NCBI GenBank assembly: GCA_028023455.1
Contig: JAQFVV010000010.1
Span: 2,542,001-2,606,000 of the forward strand
Length of the DNA stretch: 64,000 nucleotides
DNA from: Epiperipatus broadwayi
Lineage: Eukaryota; Animalia; Onychophora
Direction: 5' to 3'
The notes below the pieces were generated by a model. The model searched no databases, was not told the origin of the DNA, and saw nothing but the letters and a program-made list of their open reading frames with translations. The stretch's first letter is position 1. Each line of letters opens with the position of its first letter. This document shows positions 12,790-25,300 of the stretch, piece by piece. The translations under genes were made by a program, and so were the position numbers.

Positions 12790-13230
12790 TATATTGATTC
12801 ATTTTTAAATAATTCAACTTCTTCTTTTAGTTCCCACCATTTTTATTTCCTAAACTTAATCATCACTTATTATTAGGATATAGTACATCAGCATGTTTTG
12901 CACTCATTTCTTCTAGAAATGTAACAAAATTTTTAATGGTAATGGCTTTTTGGTCAAACAATAGTAACAATTTTAATGACTGTTGATGTAACATGATTTA
13001 GATGTAAAATATTATTGCTTAGTTCTTTTGATAAATTATGCATTTTATGAATAGTAAAACATCTGGAAAATGTTAACATAATATTAGGAAAGTTTTTTTT
13101 AACAATCCAGTTTTTATATCTCTCTTATTGGAAGTTCCATCATTTGTTACAACTTACAACTTTGTACTTTTCCAAATAATTATTTTTTTGAAAATATCAG
13201 CTCCACTCATTTGTAAAAGTCAAAATTAGC
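12790..13230 (-). mobile_element. hAT (Buster/SPIN/Charlie-like) transposase fragment
   Basis: Minus strand gives LNHVTSTVIKIVTIV...FVTFLEEMSAKHADVLY...*LSLG, matching the HVM..VVKIVN.I...F..FLEE.....DLLYH..VRWLS.G block. Confidence 0.7.
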
Positions 13231-16200
13231 TACTTTTTGAATTTGTTTGATTTTAAACATCTTTGCATTTATTTTAGAGTGCATAGAATTTATGAAAAAA
13301 TTATGTAAAATAAAATATTTATTAGTAGAAAATCCTTGACAATGGCCATATGAAATGACTGAAACACTGAACAACAAATTATGTTAATTTTTATTCAAAT
13401 AAAATAAGCTTTAAAAGAATAAACTGATAAGCATTGGAAATATTGAAAAATATTTAACAAATTCTGATATTACAGTATACAAAATTAAATGACACAATAT
13501 ATCAAGAAACTGACTAGAAAGCAAAGCAAATCAAATAAAAATTATCTTGATGGAAAACACTGTTATCAAATAAGAAGAAAACAATCATCTCCAATGGCTG
13601 CTTGTTCTTGCTTTCCACCTGTATCTTATCAAAAATTATTTTACCATCTAGGATTTGTGGAATAATTTTTATTAAATAATCATAATGAAATGACATAAAA
13701 AAATCTAAAGTTTTATAGTGTCCAAATGTTTTTGTGTTTAACTGCATGAAAATAATATATATCATATTTGGTTGATTGAAAGATCAATTTAATATTCAAA
13801 CATCAAAACGACAGGTAAGCACTATACTATTATTCAATATTATTATACAATCCTCCAATCACTACCACAGTGTTTTTTAATACCCTTCCCTGCTTTCTTT
13901 AGTTGGAAAACAATCCAGAAATCTTCTGCTGAATAGTCAATCACTTTTACTATTGGGATAACAGTTCAGACATTGAATCAATAATTGTATAATAAAAATA
14001 ATAATTAAATAATTTGTTGATCAGGAATTCATGAAAAGTTTGAATGCTGGAGTTCTAAAATTCATCTCTGCAATAAACCATATAGGACTATACTTACATA
14101 AACATTTGTTGTTGTATGATGGAACTTTACAATTCCATTGACTGTGTTAGTATTTGTATAAAATACTAGTCCATATAAAATTATGTCTGCAATCCTATAT
14201 TTCAGACAACTAAGCTCTACAATGAGATATTAATTATTCATAAACATAATTGTTATATCTAAATTTTTTTTTGGCTAAGAAGCTTTAAATATAACTATGA
14301 GTGTGTTTGTAAATACCTATATTTCATTATTTTATTTTTATCTAATTTTACTTGTTAATTAATCGTAATAAGTTGTAATTTAGAATTTTTTTTTCTCATC
14401 ATTAAAATTAATTCTTATTATTAATTAATAAATTCTTGAACTAAATTTTCACAATTACTATTTAGTTGGAATGTTCAATTAAAATAAATTATACATGTTT
14501 GAAGAATGTGCAGCTCAACATCCATTCCATCTCAAATTTTTTTTTACAAGCCATGAGGTTTACACTACAATCTAATGTTACTTGTTTGAAAAAGTAATTA
14601 CAACCAGTGTGAAATATTTCAACAAGTTAGTGGGATAAAAAGATAATCTAAAATTTAAAACTCAACACCAGTTGTCCTATTTCTGCAAAAATAAAATGAC
14701 AAATATTCATAAACTGTATATGTGTGCAATATTTTAAATGAATAAGTATACATATATATTATAGCCAATAAAAAATATAAAGCCAATAATTTTATGATCA
14801 CAATTCATCTTAATCATGTATGGGCTATAATATAGCATACATCTAAATTAGAGATTCCAGAATAAATTTTACTAAAAAGTGGCAAACTATCACTAATGAT
14901 CATTGTGTTCTCAAGTATTATCATACTCTATTCTCATATACATTCCACTATTTTATTTCCAACTGATTTTGTTTGTTAATTAAAAATAAACATTATAATT
15001 TAATAATTTATTATTCTTGCTTTTAAAATGATTATTTTAATACCACCAATTGCTAAATTGTTACACATATAATAATAATAATAATTCTTTAGTACTAGGA
15101 ATGTATGTAACCCATCAGATTTACAAATCTATATATACTTTAAATATCAATTCATTCCCATAAAATGACTGAGAGGACTGAATATCTCATTACCATACCA
15201 AAATAGTAGTCATGAATGAGTTTTCTATCCATGTTTTATTTTTTATTTAAGAATAACTAGACATCTTTTTACCAATTAATATTGGATGGTTAATTAGGCT
15301 GACTGTGAACTGACTACCTAAAAAAAAATCCCAAGTCTCTTGAAAAAAATTTTAAGTTATTTCTGAATTCATATCTAGATCGTTTATGGGTACATGTACA
15401 GTGAAATCTGCTAAAATGAATTAATTGGTTCCAAAGTCCATTTGTTATATCATTGACTAATTGTAGCTTACATTATAATATGTGTATTTAGATGTAATTA
15501 CAAGTCATAAGCCAAGACCAGTGTTAGCATCTAAAACAACTTTCAGCAGGAAAAATCAGAAATATAAATATAAAAAATTATATAAAATTAGTTGCTGAAC
15601 CTGTATAGTTATAATTTAATGGAAATAAATTCATCTTTTAAAAGCATGAAATTAAACTTATATATATCCTAATAAAATCTACAGATTACTAATTTCAGAT
15701 TTTTTTGTGAAATAAAAATTCAGCAGTGGTTTTAAGTACATCAACAGCTTCACTTATGCAATTCAGTTCTTTTTCTGAATCTGATGAACCATACTTTGTT
15801 GGAAATAAACTGCATTGCAGAAACAAAACTTATAAGAGACAAAAAAATTTCCAAACAATTTTTTTACCTTTTTTTGAAATGATTACCTATCAATTACTTT
15901 TAATTAGCCCACATTAGCAAATGTTTTTATTATTCCACAATGTTATAATGTTAACATCTCTAGCTGAAATTCATTTTGCTACTTGGACACTTTAATTAAT
16001 AATTCTTTTAAAATGATGTAGATCATTGATTTAATCTTATCATATTCAGAATTTAAATCACTGATCATTTTACAACTTTTATTTTTAGAAATAATTTTAT
16101 TTTACAGTTCAATACTGATCAATTTTTAATATTATTTTTTTGACTTATGATTAAAATTAATATTTTTATATATAAAAATAATTAGAAAAAAAAAACTAGT

Positions 16201-17902
16201 AAAAATGAACAAATTGCAGAAGAAATATCTGACATTACTTAAAGTTGAAATACTTACAAAGTCTTACACACGTATTGTTATATCAGTTAATAACACTATT
16301 ATTAATAACATTTTTTATTTTAGAAAATAGTATTCAATGATTTAATGATTCCATGCTTATCATTTAAGATTTCCATCATTTTACTGGACTTTCATTTTGA
16401 AAAAAAAAAAATATATATATATCAATATTATCAAATTTCAAATTTAGATTTTATGACTCATAATAAAATTATTATAATAAATCCACCTAGAAAAATACTT
16501 TTAAATAAACATACATACTCCATTTTTATCACTAGAAAGATATAAGCAACTTAAATTGGTAACTTTTAGCACTTAGAATTCACTTTTATTTTTTGACATT
16601 ACATTATCAGATTTCAAATTTGGTTTTTTATCGTTCATAATTAAAATTATTATAGTATATGCACCTTTAAATAAAAATATACTTAACATTTTTATCACTA
16701 AAGATAAAATTACAAAAAGAAAATGATAATGTTTTATACACCAAAGATATTTGCAATTTTACTGTTCATTGTATGTCTTTGTATTTGTTTTTTAAATCTT
16801 AATTTAATGAGAAAAAGTGTTTATTGTATTAATTATTCATTGAAATATAATATAAATCTTTATTATATAATTTAAAATTTGGAAAAAAAATATTTTTTTT
16901 AAAACATAAAACCATTAAATTTATAAAAGGGAAAAAAAGAAAGAAAAAATATATAAAAAAAAATATATAAAATATAATAAAAAAACATGTAAAACATTTA
17001 AAAAAAAAAAATTGATTTTATGAATGATGGGGGAATGGAAAAAGAAGGGAAAGAAATATAAGGGGAAAAAAAAAAAAAAAAAAAAATATATATATAGGAG
17101 AGGAAATTATACAAATATATGTGTGAGTTGTGAGAGGGAAATATATAGAGAGAAAAAAAAAAAAGAAAAAAAAAAAAAAAATATTTATAAAATAAATTTC
17201 TTTTGTTTTATAAATTTTATTTTTATAAAAAAATAATATATATATTTATTTATTAAAAAAAAAAAAAAAAAAGAAAAATATTAATTTAATAATTATTCAT
17301 TATATAGGTCTTTGTTGTTGTAGCATACTTCAATGTATATATTAAATCTTTAATCTGTAATAAATGCCTATAAATAGAAAAAAATTCATTTCCTTAAGAG
17401 TCCTGAACTTAAATGATAAACATGTATAGTGTCAAGAGTTGTTTGTTGTAAAATAATTCATTTTTGTATCAGAAAGAACAAATGTTGCTTAATATAAACC
17501 TATTTAAATATCAATCAACCCACATTTATAAATTCTCAACAGTATTAATCTTATTTACATTTTCTCCTAATTATAATATCATTTACACAGGGCCATTGTT
17601 TTGGGCAAGGATTCATGTGAACAATCTAATGTGCAAAATTTTTAATAACATTAGGCTATTCAAGCTACAAAAACATTATTATTATTTCCAATAACTTTGG
17701 GCCATAGTTTAATATTCTTATCTATGCTTACATTAAAATCTCCAAGAAATTTTTTTTTTTATTGATAGTGATGAATAATAATGTGGTTTAAGTGCAGTGA
17801 TTAGAGTAGCAGACATCGGAGCTCAAGATATACTGATCATAGTTCTGTCACATCCAGTGTTTGGAACTTCTTAGTAACTCTCAAGCAACAATACATTGGT
17901 TT

Positions 17903-18540
17903 TCCTGAAAATTTGTGATGATGGTGTTCTAGTTGTATTTTTATATTGGACTATATCCATCATCTAATATGCGCATTGAATGTCTTTAGAAAAATTTAAC
18001 TTTACTTAAATATTCCAAATACATTCAACTGTTAGTAATAGCACACAAACAGGTTAGTATATACATCATCATCATCATCATCATTATCAACCATTATCAA
18101 TCCACTGCAGGATGAAGGTCTCTCCAAGTTTAATCCATTTTCTCCAATCTTTAGCTTCTCTTCTCCACATCACCCCTACACATTTTCTTATTTCATCCAT
18201 CCATCTTACATGTGGTCTCCTTCTGGGTCTTTTACAATCTCTTGGAATCCAGTTTAAAATTTCAATTGTCCATCTATTATCATCTCTTCTAGCAATATGT
18301 CCAGCCCAACTCCACTTCAATCTTTTAATTTTTTCAATGAGGTCAGTAACACCTGTTTGTTCTCTTACCCATACATTGCGTTTTCGATCTCTTCTTGTAT
18401 ATGACACATATTACTAACCTATTTGATGTGTTATTATTAACAGTTGAATGTATTTGGAATATTTAAAATAAAGTTACATTTTTCTAAAGATATTCAATAC
18501 ACATATTAGATGATGGAAGTAGTCCGATATAAAAATACAC
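17903..18540. repeat. Palindromic insertion with ~125-bp arms (17934-18059 / 18412-18539), flanked by a 12-bp direct repeat
   Basis: The arms are clear reverse complements (for example CCAAATACATTCAACTGTT / AACAGTTGAATGTATTTGG). ATACATTGGTTT occurs at 17891-17902 and 18541-18552. Confidence 0.8.
18064..18410 (-). mobile_element. RTE LINE 3' fragment with (GAT)n tail
   Basis: ORF 18087..18407 reads LKWSWAGHIARRDDNRWTIEILNWIPRDCKRPRRRPHVRWMDEI, a canonical RTE C-terminus. It is followed on the minus strand by a (TGA)n tail. Confidence 0.93.
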
Positions 18541-19370
18541 ATACATTGGTTTATTTATTTATTAATAAACAAGATTTTAATTTTTAAAAGTAAATTGTAA
18601 AAATTCAATATTTCCTTTTTAGATTTCAGTTTTATAAATTGAAATTAATACAATTTTCTTAAAAATTTTGACTTTATATAGTAAAGAAGTTGATAAACAA
18701 ATTTGTCCAACCATCATAATGCTGTCAAATGTAATGCATCACATTATTTTTTTGCTAACTATAAATGTTTATTTTATTACTGAATGTATAAGTAAAAAAA
18801 TAATCCATGCACTCTAGTTAGCATAGTAAATTAATGAGAAATCAAACTAAAAAAAAATAACTAAAATTTTTCAAATATAATTAGCTACCATTTTGTACTA
18901 ATACACAAACACACACACACACACATATATATTCTTTTTGACTATATGTGTATATAAAATAATATTTAGTACATGTATTTGTTTTTTAATTTTTTTAAAA
19001 AAATATTCTATAAATGATCTGCATAAATTTACAATTTAATAACTTAGGGTTATTTTAAAATTTATTATAAAATATATACCACAATTTTATTTTATTTGAT
19101 ATTAATATTATATTCCTTCACCTGACAATGGCATTTTTAAAAAATAGATCCAGTAGAATTTAATAAGCTTTTTAAGTGCTACATTTTGTAATTTTTTTAT
19201 GACATATTTTATTGTATTTCAATAGTCATCACATTAGAAACAACTGTTTATATACTTCTAATTTTAGATATGTTGGGTTAACAGGCAACACACTACTATA
19301 AATAAGCAACAAAATTAAACACCATGACAGTTTATTGCTAATGACCAGTCTCTTAACATATTGATTCTAA

Positions 19371-20741
19371 ACAGACAAAACTCTCCATACAGTAATGCCA
19401 CCCTGTGCCAACCAGAGTAATTGATGGATGCCAGAAGGCTTGTGCATAAAATCTCTATCTAGTGCCTACTTATCCAATATCCCTACACTAGTTTCTGGTT
19501 TGTGGCCTTCGGCAGTGAGGAGCCTTCTGGCATCCATTGATTACTCTGGTTGATACAGGGTGGCACTACTATATGGAGAGTTTAAAAATTGCTTGGATGA
19601 ATGGGAGAAAAAATTGATAAAAGATGCAAAGAAAAGAAAGGGATTGATAAAGAAATTAACAATGTTTTCATATAATAAATATGATGTAGCTAGAATTGTA
19701 TGGAAGGGAGTGGCAATAGCAGGGTTAACATACGGCAATGATGCATTATGTGTTAGAAAAGGGGTATTAGATTGCTTAGAAAAAGTACAAAGGGAAGTAG
19801 GAAGACATGCATTAGATGTTGAGGTGTGAACAGCAAAAGAGGCAATTCAAGGAGAAATGGGATGGTCAAGTTTTTATATGAGGGATGCAAAAAGCAAATT
19901 GAAAATGTTCGGTAGATTGCAGTTTATGGATAATAAAAGAATAGCCAAAATAGTATTTAATTGGGTTACAAGTAAAGGGCAGGCAACAAGATGGGTGAGA
20001 AAGGTAATGCGGTATGCAGAAGATTGGGATAAAGAAGTTATGTCAGTATACTTGTACAAAAGATGGGATGATTGTGTTAGGAGGATTGTTGAATGTTATA
20101 GTGGGAAGGAGTGGGATAGAAGAATAGATGCATTAATAAAGAATAGGGAGTTGGAGAGATGGAGAGCTAGTATGGAGAGTAAAACAAGTTTAAATATATA
20201 TAGAAGTAAACGGAACATTGGGTGCGAGTTAATTTATGATAATAGTAAGGAAAGTGGTTTAATGTTTAAGGCTCGAACGGGATCTTTCGCAACAAGGGAA
20301 TATACACATAAATGGAAAAATATGGGTGATTTAATCTGCAAGTTGTGTAAGGAAGGCATAGAAAATATTAGGCATCTGTTACTTCAATGTAAATTTTGGA
20401 AGCAGAAAGGGTTCAAATAATGAAGTTATGGAAGGTTAAATATGAACAAAGTGATTATACAGAAAGTGAGTTATTGGTTTTTATGCTAGGTTTGGGAAAA
20501 AATAAGGGGGGTTTAGATATGAAGGTCATGGAGTTGACAAAGATTATGTTGTGGAAATGAGATGGAGCAGATTGTGGGAAAACTTAGGGTGGACAATGGA
20601 AAAGGAAGATAAAGTGGCTAACAGGTGTCTCTGCTAAGAGATTCCTGACTCCATTTAAGGAGAAGTCACAGTACATCTCATAACATCACATCACCTGTTT
20701 AATAACAGTTATGTGCTAGCATAAGAGATGGTTATCTTGTG
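19371..20741. mobile_element. Second family-1 hammerhead element with inverted arm, enclosing a LINE fragment
   Basis: 13-bp TSD ATATTGATTCTAA (19358-19370, 20742-20754). Minus arm 19371-19522 carries a mutated HHR (~19482-19520). The plus arm runs 19523-19583 and resumes at 20696-20741. Homologous to 4941-5726. Confidence 0.8.
19584..20695 (+). mobile_element. Non-LTR retrotransposon 3' part (post-RT region, C-terminal zinc finger, 3' UTR, ACATC-like tail)
   Basis: ORFs 19560..19829 and 19857..20420 are in one frame separated by a single TGA. They read VWKGVAIAGLTYG...LEKVQREVGR...EAIQGEMGWSSF...CKLCKEGIENIRHLLLQC. Clade not assigned. Confidence 0.88.
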
Positions 20742-22899
20742 ATATTGATTCTAACATCTCAATTTTAGGGCTGCAATACAAACTTTAATAAGCCAACATT
20801 ATTAAAAAGGATTGCACATCCAAATATAAAAATTAGACAATTTTATTTCATTACTATATTCCCAGAATACAGAAGTAATTGTAGATAGCAAAATAAATAG
20901 CTATAGTTTATCACAAAAGATCATATGCATAGACTTATTAATTACTAAGAATTACTTGAAAATCATTAGTTGTGCTTTAAAAATATGTGCAACTGATCAT
21001 ATTACTTAAACTTTTGTCAGTGTTCCTTTCATGAATTCCATATATTAGAACTATCCATTAGCATAAAATTTCAGGACAAACCTCTCATTCTTTACACATA
21101 TATTTTATGAACAACCATCACTCATTGGATAAAGGCTTAAAACACCCGGATCTGCATAAATAGTTAGATAATCATATATATCACAGATGTAATGTTTAAT
21201 TATAAGCTTATATATATGTGTGTGCTCAAAAAACTTATGCTTTATAGAAAAACAATTTAATCTGCATTTCATTTCATAATTTTAAATTACAGTATACATC
21301 ATATTACAAAGTAAAAACAGTTGACACTAGAACTTATAAGTACAGTTAAAAAAGTCAGCAGTAGTTAAAATTAGATATATCATAAATTAAAATAGAATCA
21401 TACTTAAAATTTATAAAATTGTAGTTAAAAACTTACCTAATTTTTATTTTTTGACAATATGGAGAACTTTTTGCAAATATTTTGAACCAACCATTAATAA
21501 TGAAGAAAAAAAATCCATTTACATCAGTATCAATATTTGCATTTTTCTTTTTTAAAAAAAAAGAAGGGAGAAAGGGTTTTCATAATTTTACAATAGTTAT
21601 TCTCATATTTAAATTCCTTTGCAACTAAATGTTTATTCTTACACATGTTCAATGTACCAATTTCTCTCTTAATGTTTGTTGTCTTTTTTGAAACTATTTA
21701 ATATTTCTTCAAAATAAATGCTATAAAAAAAAAAAAAAAGGAAATTATATTAAAAGAAAACTTTCCCCATAAATTGACATGTCTAATATTAAAAAAAGAA
21801 AAAGAAAGATGCAGTTGTATTTTTCCAAAACTTAGAAACTGCTACAAATAAAATAGGAACATAAATTGCTATAAAGTAATATGGAATAACAACAGCAAAA
21901 AATAATGAATTTAAACCCAATTTGATATCAATCTATTGCTTAAAGAACATAAGAATAGTGGATTATTAATAGATTAGAACAATTTCTGAATATCAAGAGG
22001 AAATAATTATCTTCAGAAAAAATCTAATAAGATAATGAAGTCAACAAATTTTCACAATCTTTATAGTAAAATTAGACATTGCAATGAACTGTCAATGACT
22101 GATGATGATGAAATTATTAAATGTACATTATTATCAGTAAAGCACAACAATATGAGAGAAATTAAAAGCAAAACTAAAATTGGTATGAAATATGAACTTT
22201 GTGTTTAGATAAAAAAGTTTAAAATGATAAAGAATTTCAGTAAAGCAAAATATTTGATTCATATTATTTCTGCTTTGTTAATTTTCATTTGTTTCATATT
22301 TTGTTGTTAAATATTCTTTTATATATATTTGTTGGTTTCAAATTGAAAAATCATAAAAAAATAAATATAGCTAGAAATAAAAAAAATCCTAAAGATTAGA
22401 AATGAATTGATTTCCACCCCCCAATGAACATCAGTAGATTTAATATTTAATTGTATATATATAAACATTCAAAAGGTTAAAGATTTCACTTAGTTTTTTT
22501 TTTTTAAAAATGATTGAAAAACAAGTCTTTTAACTTCTAGCTAATAATATGATTATTATCTTGCTAAAAAGTTTTACATAATTCCTGTTTTTTTTTTTTT
22601 TTTAAAGAGATAAATTGATTTTTAATATCAATATTTAATTTTTAAAATTATTTTTTCATTTTAAAAGCTAATAAAATATGCTATAATGGAAGCCCAGATA
22701 AGAAATTTTGAACATATTTTTTTACCAAATGTTTTGTATAATTTCTCAAATATGTTAGGTATCACCATTGTAGTTGTATATAAATGCAAAAGAAGAGGTG
22801 AAGATGAAGTAGCACAGTTATTTAAGAAAAAAAAAATTAAAATAGAATTACAACAAAAATAGAATAAGCTTAATAAGTTACCAAGGAAATTGGCAATAT

Positions 22900-25300
22900 A
22901 GAAAGGAAAGATTATAAATTTTTTTTTGAGATATATGAAAATAAGAAATAAAAAAGGTGTTAAATAACAAAGGCAACTATGAAAATAAGGAAAAACTTGG
23001 AAATAATATCTAATGAATTTGAAATAAAATATTTGGGTGAATATGATGTAGTGAATATGATTCACAAAGACTTTATATAAAAATGGAATTGAATAGAGCC
23101 AGTACATAATTTGAAAAAAAAAAAAAAGGAAATGTAGTGTAGTATTTGAAATATTATTAGATATGGGAAGATATGCAAAGGGTTTAAAAGAACATTTTAA
23201 AATAAAATTATATGATGATAATAAGATTCTAGATAAATGAAAGGATGTGAGAATTAAATTATTATATAAAAGATTTTAGTTTCTTTATTATGGCATAAAT
23301 AGCAGTAACTTACATAATCTATAAAATATTTAAATATCTTTTAATTGTTAGTGTTAGAGATTGGATGGAAAAGAGTAAAGTCATGGAATTCATAGTGGAT
23401 TTCATTTAGTAGAATAAATGATTCATTGTATTTCAGTCAATTGAAATGTCTTATAAGAAAAATAAACCAGTGTTTATTGTGTTTTAGATATAGAAAAGGC
23501 TTACAATAGGGATAATTTGAATAATTTGTGAAAAAATATTAAAAATATTTAACGCCAATGGCTACAAGTAGTGTATAATACCATTATCAATTTTCAAATG
23601 CCTTCATTTCATATTATTTTTAAAATTAAACAAGTGTCCATCTTAGTACCTTCATACTTATATGTTTGCTTTGCAGAAATTGAATTAGTTTGAATGTAGT
23701 TTGCATAGTATAAATTTTATGACCCCTTTTCGATTAAGCAGCATCTGAACCATTTGTAGTCTGTTGTAGATTTTTTTCCACTTTTTTCAAATGACTGCTT
23801 TTTTTTTCTTCTGATTATAAGATATCAATCAATTAAACAAAAATAATTTTATTTCTTAATTTTCTTGATTTGTGGTTATATATTTTTTAATTTTTTTTAT
23901 TCAAATATTTTAATACTTATTACAAATAATGCTTATAATAAAAAGAATAATCAAATTTGAAGTGATGTTATATATAACACAAATATTTTTCTTAGGAGCA
24001 ATAATCTGTACATTTGCAAACTTCATTGTAGTCATTGCAGATTAAGTCCACAGGAATAATTGGGGGATATAAAGTTGGATTGAAACAAGGATGTCCATTA
24101 TCAGTTATATTACAGTATTTATTTTGTTTCTAAAAGAACTAAAAGTTGGAAGTAGAAACACCACAAATAGTGGATGGAGATGTCTATAGTTTGAACCAGA
24201 AGAGTACATAATATGACAATGCTTTTCTTTTATAGAGTATGATAATTTTTGCAAATAATATAAAAGATACACTTGTTTTTAAAGAAAAAAAAAAAATTTA
24301 AAGTCAATGAAAAAAATCTAAGATCTTAGTAATTAGTGGGGAGAGTAAAACTGGCAAATGGAATATAGGAGATACATATCTTAAAGGAGGGGAGGAAATA
24401 GGTGTTATATTAAATGGAAGACTTAACAAATGCAAAAAACTTGAATGAGATTGATTAAAAATCTGGCATGAGTTATATAGAATAATACCTACTTTAACAT
24501 TTGAAACAGAGAACTCATAAAATTTTAGATAGATATAAAAAAAATTACTGGTTGGTGAATTGTGAACAGCAAATAAATTAAATTATGCAAGGAAAAATGG
24601 GGAATGTAAATTATTGATAAAATGTTTGGAAAATTACAATGTATAAATTAATAAAACAGGGTATAATTGGATTATAAAAAGACTACAAGCACATGGACAA
24701 GAAGGATTTTACCATATGCTAAGTTAATACATTGATAATTTATTTACAAGTATTCATATAGAAAAATGAGATAAATGTGTAGAGAGTGTATGATAGGTAT
24801 ATAATTATGAGGAATCTGAAAAGAGGTTATAATTTCATTATGGAAAATGAATACAAGTAAAAGTGGTTTTAACTTATATAAGAATAAAAATTATATACAA
24901 TTTGAAAGAAGGTATGCTAATACTAAGACAAAGCTTATTGTTATTTAGTATAAGTGCAGAAGCTTTAGATATCAGAGAAAGAAAGTAAAAATGGAAGAAG
25001 AATATAAATTGTAGATATAATTTATGAAGGGATTTGGAAAGATAACAATGAACAGTTTTTTTTTTTTGAATGTAGGATGTTGAAAAATGATCAGAATAAA
25101 TTATATAGAGAATGAGAAATGTTTTTAAAAATAAAAAGAAAGTAAGAGGTAAAGATTTTATAATTTTTTGCTTAGGTCTTTAGAATGAAATTGGTGAGTA
25201 TGAGAATAGGAGTAAAAAATAAATGAGCTTATTGTATTAGTATATAAGGATTTTGGAGAGAGAGAATATTTAACTTGGTTACAGAAACTTCTGGTTTTGT
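22900..25300 (+). mobile_element. Older decayed LINE, probably of a type similar to 19584-20695
   Basis: VFLDIEKAYN (~23480-23510) and GLKQGCPLSVIL (~24075-24110) RT motifs, with a weak degenerate continuation to ~25.3 kb. Limits are approximate. Confidence 0.7.
23549..24045. mobile_element. piggyBac-like non-autonomous element inside the LINE
   Basis: Bounded by TTAA (23549-23552, 24042-24045) with imperfect TIRs CGCCAATGGCTACAA / TTGTAGTCATTGCAGA. It separates two RT motifs of the host LINE. Confidence 0.55.

Noticed and set aside
13651-13814. Exon-like segment with AG acceptor and CAG|GTAAGC donor
   Set aside because: Stops in all three frames and no supporting neighbouring exons; a UTR exon cannot be excluded.
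17000-17280. Lys-rich ORF 17024..17236
   Set aside because: Poly(A)/AT low-complexity sequence, possibly low-quality assembly.
22661-23107. 148-aa hydrophobic minus-strand ORF
   Set aside because: Antisense to an A-rich decayed LINE; the F/I/L-rich composition reflects base bias.
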